DNA of 64,000 bases from a virus, in IMG/VR virus record IMGVR_UViG_3300042502_001136, positions 19,239-83,238 of that record. One strand, given 5' to 3'. Shown piece after piece: positions 30,201 through 40,341 of this stretch. The position numbers and the translations under genes were made by a program. Position 1 is the stretch's first letter, and each line of letters begins with the position of its first letter. The notes below the pieces were generated by a model. The model saw only the letters and a program-made list of their open reading frames with translations. It had not been told where the DNA came from and made no database searches.

Positions 30201-31556
30201 ATGACTCTTACACCTGACCAAGAGTTAGCAAAAACACAAATATTAGCATGGGCTGAAAACACTATTCTTAAAACTGATTATGATTATTTTATTACACTAG
30301 CAGGTTATGCTGGTACTGGTAAAACAACTGTAATTAATAATATCTTACAACAGTTAAGACATAAAAAGATAGTGGTTTCAGCTCCTACACATAAAGCTAA
30401 AAATGTAATTGCTGCCTCTACAAATAAAACTGCTGAAACTATACAAAAACTATTAGGTTTAAGACCTGATGTTGATTTAGCAGATTTTAATCCTAATAAA
30501 CCTGTTTTTATGCAAATGGCAGAAGAAACTATTCAATTTTATAACATACTTGTTATAGATGAAAGTTCTATGCTTAATGAAGCCGCTGTTAATCTTATTT
30601 TTGAAAAAGCAGTTAAACACAGAGTTAAAGTAATTTTTATGGGAGATAAATATCAACTTCCTCCAGTAGGAGAAGTATTAAGTAAAATATTTAATCTACC
30701 CAATGTTGTATATTTAGATACTATTGTTAGACAATCTAATACTAACCCTAATCAAAAGTTAATTGAAATAGCTAGAGATGATGTTAGAAATGGAACTGAC
30801 CATATTCATAAATATATTAAAGAAGTTAAACATGATATGAATGACAAAGAAGGATTTAAAGTCCTTAATAAAGAACATTTTTATCCTGCATTAATAGAAA
30901 AGTATTATGATGCTGAATACAATCAAAATCCTAATTTAGTTAAAACTATTGCATGGACAAATAAATCTGTTAAAGCATTAAATCTTTATATTAGAAGTAA
31001 ACTTCTTCCTAATAGTGATTTAGTTACAGTAGGTGATATTCTTATGGGATATAAACCTATTACAAAAGAAATACAAGCTCCACCTTATTATATTCCATTA
31101 GTAGAAAACTCTGCTGATTATATAGTAACTAAAGTAACTAAAAAAAGTAATTTTATTGTAGGTGTTCCTATTGAAGGCTATGATGTAGAATTTAAAGATA
31201 AAAAATATCCTGTTTTTATTCTAGCTAGAGAAAGTTATCCTGTTTTTATTGAACAATATAAACAAAGACTTTCAGTAGGTAAAACACAAAGACGTTGGAA
31301 ATCTTTTTATGAATTTAAAGATGCTATTTGTATCATTGAAGATATTTATGATGAAAACCTTCAATTAGTTTGTAGTAAAGATATTGATTATGGTTATGCT
31401 ATTACAGTACATAAATCTCAAGGTAGTACGTATACAAATGTTTGTACATTATTATCTGATATTTGTCGTAATAGAACTGCTGCTGATAGAAGAAAACTTA
31501 TTTATGTAGCTCTTTCAAGAACTTCTCAAGAAAATATAATATATGATAACTCTTAA
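30201..31556 (+). CDS. SF1B Dda/RecD-like DNA helicase
   Basis: GYAGTGKTT, APTHKA, IDESSM, GDKYQLPPV, YAITVHKSQGST, YVALSR. Confidence 0.92.
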   Translation: MTLTPDQELAKTQILAWAENTILKTDYDYFITLAGYAGTGKTTVINNILQQLRHKKIVVSAPTHKAKNVIAASTNKTAETIQKLLGLRPDVDLADFNPNKPVFMQMAEETIQFYNILVIDESSMLNEAAVNLIFEKAVKHRVKVIFMGDKYQLPPVGEVLSKIFNLPNVVYLDTIVRQSNTNPNQKLIEIARDDVRNGTDHIHKYIKEVKHDMNDKEGFKVLNKEHFYPALIEKYYDAEYNQNPNLVKTIAWTNKSVKALNLYIRSKLLPNSDLVTVGDILMGYKPITKEIQAPPYYIPLVENSADYIVTKVTKKSNFIVGVPIEGYDVEFKDKKYPVFILARESYPVFIEQYKQRLSVGKTQRRWKSFYEFKDAICIIEDIYDENLQLVCSKDIDYGYAITVHKSQGSTYTNVCTLLSDICRNRTAADRRKLIYVALSRTSQENIIYDNS

Positions 31557-31576
31557 TTATAATAAATATACTCTAA

Positions 31577-31882
31577 ATGGCTAATCCTCTAATTACAACA
31601 TTAAATCAAAGTCCTAATACTTTTAAAGAGTGTAGACTATATTTATTGGCGAAATTAGGAGATAAAGAAACATTATTTAAAGTAGAAGCATCTAGTGTTG
31701 ATGCTTGTCTTAAATACTATATAAGCTTTTTAGAATATAAAGAACTTAACATTTCAAATGTTATAAGTTATTATACTTATGAACGACCAGATATTACAAG
31801 TTATTGGGAGCTACTTAAAATAAGTATAATAGGTGCTTTTAGAAAACTAGAAAAAGGAGATACTAACTTTGATATAATTTAA
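31577..31882 (+). CDS. Hypothetical protein
   Basis: ORF track. Confidence 0.6.
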   Translation: MANPLITTLNQSPNTFKECRLYLLAKLGDKETLFKVEASSVDACLKYYISFLEYKELNISNVISYYTYERPDITSYWELLKISIIGAFRKLEKGDTNFDII

Positions 31883-31884
31883 CT

Positions 31885-34212
31885 ATGATATACTTTGTAA
31901 CAGAAAGAAAAGAATATTATAGAGAACGTATTAATAAAGATATATTTTCTGATATTATTATTCTAGATAGTATCGAAGGAAAAGAGCTTTATTATAAATT
32001 ACTAGGTAAACGAAAAATACTAGCATTTGATATTGAAGCTAATGGATTGGATGCTCATACACTTAGTCCCATACTTTATGGTATTGGTGTTAAAGGTATT
32101 CAATTTATGTTTGATTGGACTGTTGATATTAAAGATATTTTTGAACACATATTAAAGTATAATATTATATTACTAGGACACAATTTAAAGTATGATATAA
32201 AGGTAATAGCAGTAAATTATAATATACTGTTTACAAAACTTTATGATACTATGATTGCAGACCAAAGAATATGGATGAAAACTGGATATAGATTTAGTTA
32301 TGCTGAATTAGTACAAAGATACTTAAATAAAACAGTTCTTAAATCTACTAGAAATGAATTTATTGATGCAGACCCTTCTACATTTAAAATAACTGCTTCT
32401 CATTTATATTATCTTAAAGGAGATTTAGTTGATTTATTTGATATTAGAAAAATACAACAAAAACACATTAAGAAATATAATATTCCTTTTCTTATTTATG
32501 GTATAGAATTTCCATTAATCTCAGTTATAGCAGAAGCAGAACTTACTGGTTTTGAATTTAACATAGATTTATGGAGAGAACGTATTAAAAAAGATAAAGA
32601 AGAATTATATAAACTTAAATTAGCTTTAGATGCTGAAGTTAAAAAGTTAAAAGAGTTTGTAAGTTTATTTGGAGATAATGGAGATATTAGTATTAATACT
32701 CTATTAGGCGGACAAAAATATAATAAAGAACGCAAACCTAGTGAATTAGAAGATTTTGTTAATACTGATGATACTGTTAATCAACCTGATTTATTTGGTA
32801 ACAAAATGACTACTAGAGCTTTTACAGGACTAAAAAAGAAGATTGATATTAATGTAGGAAATATTAATTATAAATCTAAAAAAGATATAGTTTTTATATT
32901 TGCTGCATTAAAAGAACCTCTTATTACTCCTTTAGAAACTATTGCCGTTCCACAACTAGATAAAAAAGGTAAATTAATTGGTAGCGTTGATAATTTTACT
33001 ATTAAAGCTGATTTATTACAAAAGTTTATATTGTTAAAGCCTAATTCTAAGATGATACCATTTATAGAATTAATTATAAAACATAGTAAACTTGAAAAAG
33101 CTTTAAGTACTTATGGTGAAAATTTTATTAATAAAATTAATCCTAAGACTGGTAAAATTCATACTATCTTTAGACAATGTGATGCAGATACAGGTAGATA
33201 TCAATCCGGAGGAGGAGATAATGAACCTGATAAATATAATGCACAAAACATTCCTAGAGATAATGCTTATAGAAATTGTTTTACTGTTGATACAAGTAAA
33301 TATAGTTTAGTTACTGCTGATTATGAAGGTGCAGAATTAGTAGTTATGGCATCTCATGCTCAAGACTTTAAACTAATAGAGATATCTAAACAAGATATGC
33401 ATAGCTATATGGCAACTAAATGTTGGAAAAATATTTACTATTATAGAGCTAAAAGATTATTTGATTATTTTAGTGGTAATATTGCAGGAAAAACAACAGA
33501 ATTAATAAATGAATATAAACAATTAAAAGACTTATCACAAAACTATTTAGTTACTAAAGCTATAAAATATGTTCGTGATGCTTTTAAACCTATGACTTTT
33601 GGAGTTATTTATGGTATGTATCCTAAAAAAGCAGGAGCAACCTTAAATATACCATCAGAAGAAGGTAAAATTGTTATTCAAACTATTGAAGCTGAAATTC
33701 CTGATACTATTAAAATGGTTAAACAAGCTTCTGCTTTTGCTAAAGCTAATGGTTATGTTATTTTAGAATCTAGAACTAATGCACGTGCATGGTTTCCTAA
33801 TCTTATTAAACTTCTTAAAAAAGAAATTAATGAAAAGGATAACTTTTATGATATATCTAGTGAATTATCGGCTGCTCGTAATATTAGAATTCAAGGTACT
33901 CAAGCTACATTTCTTAAAGAAGCCGCAGTAGTATTACGTAAATATTTTAAAAAACATAAAATAGATGCTATTCAATTATCTTGGGTACATGATGAATTTA
34001 TTATTCAAATACCTCTTCATTTAGATGGTCAATCAGATGAATGGAAAGAATGGAGTAAGTCAAATTCACTCAAACACCCTCTATCTATTGGGGAAACTGT
34101 TGAAAGTCTAGCAGATGTTATTAAAATTGTATTACAAGAAGTTGCTAATAAATATTTAGAAAATATTACTATTAGAGTTGATTTACAAGTAAAACCTTAT
34201 TGGTTTAAATAA
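31885..34212 (+). CDS. polA: Family A DNA polymerase with 3'-5' exonuclease
   Basis: FDIEANG, GHNLKYD, DTGRYQS, NAQNIP, ADYEGAEL (motif A), R..FK..TFGVIYG (motif B), VHDE (motif C). Confidence 0.95.
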   Translation: MIYFVTERKEYYRERINKDIFSDIIILDSIEGKELYYKLLGKRKILAFDIEANGLDAHTLSPILYGIGVKGIQFMFDWTVDIKDIFEHILKYNIILLGHNLKYDIKVIAVNYNILFTKLYDTMIADQRIWMKTGYRFSYAELVQRYLNKTVLKSTRNEFIDADPSTFKITASHLYYLKGDLVDLFDIRKIQQKHIKKYNIPFLIYGIEFPLISVIAEAELTGFEFNIDLWRERIKKDKEELYKLKLALDAEVKKLKEFVSLFGDNGDISINTLLGGQKYNKERKPSELEDFVNTDDTVNQPDLFGNKMTTRAFTGLKKKIDINVGNINYKSKKDIVFIFAALKEPLITPLETIAVPQLDKKGKLIGSVDNFTIKADLLQKFILLKPNSKMIPFIELIIKHSKLEKALSTYGENFINKINPKTGKIHTIFRQCDADTGRYQSGGGDNEPDKYNAQNIPRDNAYRNCFTVDTSKYSLVTADYEGAELVVMASHAQDFKLIEISKQDMHSYMATKCWKNIYYYRAKRLFDYFSGNIAGKTTELINEYKQLKDLSQNYLVTKAIKYVRDAFKPMTFGVIYGMYPKKAGATLNIPSEEGKIVIQTIEAEIPDTIKMVKQASAFAKANGYVILESRTNARAWFPNLIKLLKKEINEKDNFYDISSELSAARNIRIQGTQATFLKEAAVVLRKYFKKHKIDAIQLSWVHDEFIIQIPLHLDGQSDEWKEWSKSNSLKHPLSIGETVESLADVIKIVLQEVANKYLENITIRVDLQVKPYWFK

Positions 34213-34719
34213 ATGGAAGAAAAAAAACAAAATTTAGTATTTAATAGAATTGCTACAAAAGATAGTACTGATAAAGCTGTAACTTCCCCCAATAAAGGAA
34301 AGGTTAGTTCAAGTCCTCGTAATGGTACATCTAATTCTATTAGTGAATCTAGTTTAATTAAAATTACTCTTAAAAAAGGAGCAGTAGTTAAACTTGTTAA
34401 AAATGAAGAAGAAGATTATTCACATCTAACTACTTCACAGGATATTATAGATTTGGATATTAGAAATCCTAATGCTATATATAGTTTTGAACCGGCTTTA
34501 TTTAATGATTTTATTGATAAAGCTACACATAACATTAACCCTTTTGTTAAAATAGGTGATACTGTTATTGTTAAAAAGAAATATGCAAATAGTAAAGGAC
34601 ATATACCTAGAAAAGTAAAAGATATTTATTTTAAGTCTTTAGGTAATATGACTGTTATTATTGCAGTATTACAAGATGGAGAACTTGAACTTTGTAATAG
34701 ATTACAATTATGGAAATAA
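34213..34719 (+). CDS. Hypothetical protein
   Basis: ORF track. Confidence 0.6.
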   Translation: MEEKKQNLVFNRIATKDSTDKAVTSPNKGKVSSSPRNGTSNSISESSLIKITLKKGAVVKLVKNEEEDYSHLTTSQDIIDLDIRNPNAIYSFEPALFNDFIDKATHNINPFVKIGDTVIVKKKYANSKGHIPRKVKDIYFKSLGNMTVIIAVLQDGELELCNRLQLWK

Positions 34720-36119
34720 ATCAAATAAAACTAGAAAGACAATTACTAGGTAGAGATATTTGGTTTAATAATAATTGTGACGGTATACTAGATTATGCTC
34801 CCGGAGTAGGTAAAACCTATACTACATTTCTATGTCTTAAAGCATTAGAAAATATTAAAAGACACAGTTATTTAATAGTAGTTCCCGGAGCAGAACTAGT
34901 TAAACAATGGGAAGATAAACTTGTCCTTGAATTTCCTAAATATTTTTTAGATAGAATATTTGTTAAAACAGTACAAACACTTTTATCTGAAAATAATAGT
35001 TATGAAGTAGATGTTCTTGTTATTGATGAAATTCATGAATTTACATCAGAAGAAAGACTAAAAGTTATTAATGGTACTTTAGTTAAATGTAAACATTTTT
35101 TAGGTCTTAGTGGTACTACTACTAATTATAATTTTAGAAGTATTATAAAATATCATAAAATTATAGATACTATTACTATTGAAGAAGCTAAAGAAAAAGG
35201 ATTTGTTGCAGATTTTGTTGAATATAACATGGGATTAGCTTTAACTGAAAAAGAAGTAGAGAAATATAATATTTATACTAATCGTATTTCTGATAATCTT
35301 CCTAAATTTAATAATGATTTAGCTTTAGCACAAAAGATTATTACAGGTGGATATGATAAACATAAACGTTATTTTGTTGGAGCTAGTTGGGCAAGGTCTT
35401 ATGCCTATTCAAAAGGATGGAAAGAAAACTTAAATATGTCATTAGAACAGCATCAACTATTAGAAGCTATATGGAATCCTAATACTGTTATAGGTTATGC
35501 ACGAAGTTTATTAACTGCTATAAGAAGTAGAAAAGAACTATTAAATTTAGCAGAAAGTAAATATATTGCTACATTAGACCTTGTTAATAAATTCAATAAA
35601 GTTAAAACTATTATATTTTCAGAATCTACTGAATTTGCAGATATAATAGGAGATACTTTAAATAAAAATAATCATCCTACTGTTATTTATCACTCTAATC
35701 TTCAAACTAAAATTATTACTTCTGATAAAACAGGTAAATTAATTAAATTTGGTAAAACAAGATTAAAAACAAAAGCAATAGCAGATATTAAAACAGGAAA
35801 AGCTAGAGTTTTAAGTACTGCAAAATCTCTTGATAGAGGTTTAGATATTGAAGATTTAAGATTTGGAATTACTACAAGTGGTACACAAAATGCTACACAA
35901 TATAAGCAACGAAGAGGAAGAACAGGAAGAAAAGAAGCTAATATATTTGGAGATGTACCTGTATTACTTGTTAATCTATTTATAGCTGATACACAAGATG
36001 AAAAATGGTTAAGAAATAGACAAAAAGATAGTGTACATGAAATTATATGGGTTACTACTATTGATGACATATCTTATACACCTCCGCCTAATATAGAATT
36101 TACTATTAAAGATTTATAA
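34710..36119 (+). CDS. SF2 (UvsW/XPB-like) helicase
   Basis: APGVGKT, IDEIH, GLSGT, LDRGLDI, QRRGRTGR. Confidence 0.9.
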   Translation: MEINQIKLERQLLGRDIWFNNNCDGILDYAPGVGKTYTTFLCLKALENIKRHSYLIVVPGAELVKQWEDKLVLEFPKYFLDRIFVKTVQTLLSENNSYEVDVLVIDEIHEFTSEERLKVINGTLVKCKHFLGLSGTTTNYNFRSIIKYHKIIDTITIEEAKEKGFVADFVEYNMGLALTEKEVEKYNIYTNRISDNLPKFNNDLALAQKIITGGYDKHKRYFVGASWARSYAYSKGWKENLNMSLEQHQLLEAIWNPNTVIGYARSLLTAIRSRKELLNLAESKYIATLDLVNKFNKVKTIIFSESTEFADIIGDTLNKNNHPTVIYHSNLQTKIITSDKTGKLIKFGKTRLKTKAIADIKTGKARVLSTAKSLDRGLDIEDLRFGITTSGTQNATQYKQRRGRTGRKEANIFGDVPVLLVNLFIADTQDEKWLRNRQKDSVHEIIWVTTIDDISYTPPPNIEFTIKDL

Positions 36120-36120
36120 G

Positions 36121-36681
36121 ATGATATCAGAGGATGCGTATGTAGATTTTTTAGTTAAATACAATTTAACTCAAGCACAAGTTTTATTATTATATCTATT
36201 ATACAAAAATAGAGTAGATTTAATAAGAAAATATAAAGAAAAATTTCCTACTGAAAATGGTACTATGATTGAAGAATATTTTATTAAAGATTTAATTAAA
36301 AAAGAATTTTTAATAGAAAATAAAGAAACTGGTGCTATTAAATTAGGACAGAAATTTTATCTTGCTTTTATTGATAAACACGAAGCTTGTGAACATGTAT
36401 TTAGTGTTTATCCTACTCATATTACTAAAGATGGTGTTGATTTACCTCTTAGTGCTATGGATAGAAATGTTTTTGCTAATTTATATGATACTTATATTAG
36501 AAGTTCTATAAATGAACATCTTGAAGTTATTAAAGATATAGAATATGCAAAACAAAATAATTTACTTAACATAGGAATTGAAAAATTTCTTAAAAGTAAA
36601 TATTGGTTAATTTTAAGACCTAAAAGAATTGAAGGAAAATTAAAAGAAACTACTTTCTTAAAAGCTGATAATGAATATTAA
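36121..36681 (+). CDS. Replication-module protein, possible helicase loader/initiator
   Basis: wHTH-like N-terminus, F..YP and IEKFL...W motifs; overlaps dnaB start. Confidence 0.45.
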   Translation: MISEDAYVDFLVKYNLTQAQVLLLYLLYKNRVDLIRKYKEKFPTENGTMIEEYFIKDLIKKEFLIENKETGAIKLGQKFYLAFIDKHEACEHVFSVYPTHITKDGVDLPLSAMDRNVFANLYDTYIRSSINEHLEVIKDIEYAKQNNLLNIGIEKFLKSKYWLILRPKRIEGKLKETTFLKADNEY

Positions 36682-37699
36682 GAAGGCTAAAGAACCATAT
36701 GTACCAGTTTTAAAAACTAAAAAATCTATTAATGAAGAAGCTAAAATTAAAATTCAAGAAGAACGTAGTGGTAAACAACTTGGATTAAAAACAAGATTTG
36801 GTAGGCTTAATATTGCTATTGGTAGATATTTTAGATTTAAACAAGTTACTTCTATTAATGGATTATCAGGACATGGTAAGTCAACTTTACTTAATATGAT
36901 TTTAGAAGATTTTACTAATGCTAAAATTAATAGTAAATTTACTGAACCTGTTGTTATAGTTCATAATACATGGGAAATGGTTCCGGAAGATGAAGTTATT
37001 AGAGGATTAGCCTCTAAGGTAGAAAAGTCGCATTTATATCTATTAAGTTCTGAATTTGATAGAGAAACAGGTAAATACAATACTGTATCTGATTTAGAAA
37101 TAGAAGAATTCTTTAATGTATTAGATAAAGAGGAAGATAAAGACCATTATTATTTTGATGAAGCTACTACTTTAAATGGTATTATTGAAAATATTAAACA
37201 TGCTATTAGATTCTATCAAGATAAATATGCACAAGAAATAGAAGTAGGTAATAAGAAAGCTATTCCTAAAGTAGTTGTTGCATTAGACCACACATTACTA
37301 ACTGTAGGAGAAAAAGGTGAAACAATTAATGATATTATGTTTGGGCTTTCAAGACTTGCTATATACTTAAAAAAGAAAGGTTATATGGTAATTTTTGTAG
37401 GACAACTTAATAATGAAATTGAAAAGCTTGAAAGAGTTAGAAATATAGAAGGTCATTTTCCTATTAAATCTGATATATATGCACAAGCTCAACTATTTAA
37501 TGCTTGTGATACTGTTATTACTATACATCAACCTGAATTACTTGGTATTTTCTTTTATGGTAGGAATCAATATAAAACTAGTAATCTTATGCACCTTCAA
37601 ATATTAAAACAAAGATTTGGAAAAGTAGGAAGTGTTTGGCTTTATAATGATTTAGGTAAAGGTAGAGTTTATGAAACAACACCCGAAAAAAAAGAATAA
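36671..37699 (+). CDS. dnaB: DnaB-like replicative helicase (C-terminal ATPase only)
   Basis: GLSGHGKST, WEM, LDH, GQLN, LKQRFG. Confidence 0.85.
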   Translation: MNIKKAKEPYVPVLKTKKSINEEAKIKIQEERSGKQLGLKTRFGRLNIAIGRYFRFKQVTSINGLSGHGKSTLLNMILEDFTNAKINSKFTEPVVIVHNTWEMVPEDEVIRGLASKVEKSHLYLLSSEFDRETGKYNTVSDLEIEEFFNVLDKEEDKDHYYFDEATTLNGIIENIKHAIRFYQDKYAQEIEVGNKKAIPKVVVALDHTLLTVGEKGETINDIMFGLSRLAIYLKKKGYMVIFVGQLNNEIEKLERVRNIEGHFPIKSDIYAQAQLFNACDTVITIHQPELLGIFFYGRNQYKTSNLMHLQILKQRFGKVGSVWLYNDLGKGRVYETTPEKKE

Positions 37700-37751
37700 T
37701 ACTTTTTGAATAAAAATAATAGGAAATTTTTAAAAAATTATTAGTAATTAA

Positions 37752-37782
37752 TTTGGTAAAACAAAAAAAAGAGTTATATTTG
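37752..37782 (+). promoter_or_regulatory. Canonical Bacteroidota sigma-A promoter
   Basis: TTTG (37752) - 19 nt - TATATTTG (37775). Confidence 0.8.
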
Positions 37783-37854
37783 TATCACATTAAACCGGTA
37801 CAAGGCAATTAGAGAGTTTTATTATCTAATGTACTAATAATAATTGTAAAGCAC

Positions 37855-38784
37855 ATGACAAACCAAGACGAAAACAAAGTCGAAGTAGAAAATAACCAAG
37901 AGGTTATTGAAAAAGAAAAAGGAGAAGTTGTTGAAGTAGTTGAAGTAGTTACTGATGAAGATAATCAAGGGATTGAAGAAGATAATCAAAACACTAATGA
38001 AACTATTGAAAACCAATTAACTCCTTTTTTCGTTTCTAATAATGAACCTCTTACTGGTAATTTTGCTGTTATTAGAGAAACTGCTCAAGCTTTAGCAGAT
38101 ATGACTAATATAGCAAATATTATATGTAAAAGTAAACTTAGTCCTTTAAAAACATCTGCTGATATTGTATTAGCTATTATAACAGGTAATCAATATGGTT
38201 TTCCTTTTATGGTTAGTATAGCTAATATTTATCCTATTAATGGTAGACCTTCTATGGGTACTCACTTAATAAGAGGATTGATAATAAAGAATAAGATTAT
38301 TTTTAAAAAAGTTTATAACTATGAACCTGTTTATGAATATGCTAAAGCTAAAAAAGAAGATGGTAAGATAGTTTTAGTTAAAGTAAAAAAACAAGTAAAT
38401 GGTGAAACGAAAGAAGTTCCGGTATTAATAGGAAGATTTACTAAACAAGAAGCACCAGAAGAAGTACATATCAGAGGAGAAATAGTAGATTATATTACTA
38501 AATATACATTTACTAGAAAAATGAAAGATATAGACGGTTCTTGGACTTCCTTAGAAGTAGAATCTGAATATAAAATATCAGAAGCTCGAAACGCAGGTTT
38601 TCTAGATAAAGATAATTGGATTAATCACCCTGCAAGAATGTTAGATGCTAGAGCTTTTAATATAGGAGCAAAAGAAATAGCAGCTGATATACTTCTTGGT
38701 ATGTATTCAATATCTGAACTAGCAGACGAAGCAAACCTTAAATACTCTATTGATAGTTCTCTACAAGAAACTATTATTCCTTAA
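37855..38784 (+). CDS. RecT/Redbeta-like ssDNA annealing protein
   Basis: AIITG..YG.P...S..NIYPINGRPS, EA..AG...KDNW..HP.RML.ARA...A.DILLG.YS..EL. Confidence 0.75.
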   Translation: MTNQDENKVEVENNQEVIEKEKGEVVEVVEVVTDEDNQGIEEDNQNTNETIENQLTPFFVSNNEPLTGNFAVIRETAQALADMTNIANIICKSKLSPLKTSADIVLAIITGNQYGFPFMVSIANIYPINGRPSMGTHLIRGLIIKNKIIFKKVYNYEPVYEYAKAKKEDGKIVLVKVKKQVNGETKEVPVLIGRFTKQEAPEEVHIRGEIVDYITKYTFTRKMKDIDGSWTSLEVESEYKISEARNAGFLDKDNWINHPARMLDARAFNIGAKEIAADILLGMYSISELADEANLKYSIDSSLQETIIP

Positions 38785-38821
38785 CAACAAATTATTATTA
38801 AATTTTTAATTAAAAAACATT

Positions 38822-39469
38822 ATGTTACAATTTAAAAACATTACAGGTAAAAAAGAAACTAAATCTTTTACACATCCAGTTATTATTGCTAATTCTACTA
38901 AAGGAGAATGGAGAATTGCTCCACCTATTCAAGAAAAATTAGAAATTGTTGAAGGTGATTTCGTTATCATGGTTGAACACCCTGAAGATAATAAACGTGT
39001 ATTCATTGGTAAAGGTGTAAAAGGAGTTCCTGTAATTGATGCTGCAACCGGTAAACAAGCAGTAGATGGAAGAGGTCGTTTAGTTTATGAAGATAATACT
39101 TGTTTTGGTGCTGTTGTTCGTCCTGCTTCTGAAGGTAGTTCAATGTTTAAATTAACAGTTGCATCTGCTTGGAATAAATTATCAGGTAATGAAGAAACTC
39201 TTGATTACTTTACTTTATCTGAAGGTATTGAAGGAGAAATTCCATCTGATATTGTAGATGAAAATGGTGATTCTACAATGCACGTTACTACTCTTTATGA
39301 ATTGAAATTCAAAGAATCTAAAGCTAAAGCTAAAAGAGAGAAAAAAGGAGAAGAAGGTGCTGAAGAAGAAGAAGAAGATGATGCTACATTTGAATTAGGA
39401 GAAACTAATGAAGAAGGTACATCTGAAGCTCCTGAAGCAGAAGCCTCTGAATATGAAGAAGAAGTTTAA
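38822..39469 (+). CDS. Abundant protein with very acidic tail (SSB-like or DNA mimic)
   Basis: Beta-rich core, E/D-rich C-tail, biased codons, own terminator. Confidence 0.55.
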   Translation: MLQFKNITGKKETKSFTHPVIIANSTKGEWRIAPPIQEKLEIVEGDFVIMVEHPEDNKRVFIGKGVKGVPVIDAATGKQAVDGRGRLVYEDNTCFGAVVRPASEGSSMFKLTVASAWNKLSGNEETLDYFTLSEGIEGEIPSDIVDENGDSTMHVTTLYELKFKESKAKAKREKKGEEGAEEEEEDDATFELGETNEEGTSEAPEAEASEYEEEV

Positions 39470-39488
39470 TCAACTTTAAATATGTACT

Positions 39489-39520
39489 TAAAGCGTCTGC
39501 TATTGTAGACGCTTTTTTTT
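39489..39520 (+). terminator. Rho-independent terminator
   Basis: aaagcgtctgc-tatt-gtagacgc followed by T8. Confidence 0.9.
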
Positions 39521-39566
39521 GATTTAAAATTATAGCTATTATTTTAAAATTTAAAATTATTACAAC

Positions 39567-40280
39567 ATGGATTTGAATTTAAGTATTAATAAAGATACTA
39601 GAGGAAGTGCTAATAATCCTATTCCTGCTCCTCGTTTGTTAGCTCTTGCTACAACCATATTTCCTTATAAATATGAATTTCCTGTTGCTCATTTAGTTAA
39701 TGTTTCTTTTGACCCTAAGAAAGAAGTAAAACGTAATGATGTAACAGAAAATGTTCCTGCTCTTATTTTCTTATTTAAAGATAAGGATAAAAGACAATTT
39801 ACTCATATTGAGTTCCCATTAGACCCAACAGATGATAAAATTAAGAAAAAACAAGATGCTTTATTATCTCGTATTAAACATATTTGGGATGAAACTATTG
39901 GAGCTGATAAACTTCCTGCCGGTGTATTAGAAGGTAAATCTTTTGCTGAATTTTATGAAAATGTAGCAAAAGGATTTAATGCAATTACTTATACTAAAGA
40001 TGATAAAACATATAAAACTTACTCTGCTAATGCTTTATATATTAAATTATCTTATTATAATGCTAATTTGCAACTTCCTCAATACCCTAATTTCATACAA
40101 CCTGCTACTAGTGGGGGAAATCAAAAAGTATGTGAATTGAGAATTAATCCTACTTATGACTCTGTTGAGCCTAAAGCTAAAGCTAAAGCAGGAGGAAATC
40201 AAAGTGGACATAATAATGAATTTGGTGGAGGAGAAAGTTTTGGTGGTAATTTCTCTGAAGATTTACCTGATATTGAATAA
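39567..40280 (+). CDS. crAss-type ssDNA-binding protein candidate
   Basis: RIKHI, LP.YPNFI; G-rich linker and acidic EDLPDIE tail; directly before primase. Confidence 0.6.
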   Translation: MDLNLSINKDTRGSANNPIPAPRLLALATTIFPYKYEFPVAHLVNVSFDPKKEVKRNDVTENVPALIFLFKDKDKRQFTHIEFPLDPTDDKIKKKQDALLSRIKHIWDETIGADKLPAGVLEGKSFAEFYENVAKGFNAITYTKDDKTYKTYSANALYIKLSYYNANLQLPQYPNFIQPATSGGNQKVCELRINPTYDSVEPKAKAKAGGNQSGHNNEFGGGESFGGNFSEDLPDIE

Positions 40281-40301
40281 ATAGAAACAACAATTATTAA
40301 T

Positions 40302-40334
40302 AAGCAGGGTATATACGTATACCCTGCTTTTTTT
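40302..40334 (+). terminator. Rho-independent terminator
   Basis: aagcagggtata-tacg-tataccctgctt followed by T-run. Confidence 0.9.
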
Positions 40335-40341
40335 ATACTAT

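Noticed and set aside
31885-34212. Inteins or introns in PolA, terL, DnaB or RNAP
   Set aside because: Motifs are contiguous, with no C...HN intein ends or LAGLIDADG/HNH inserts.
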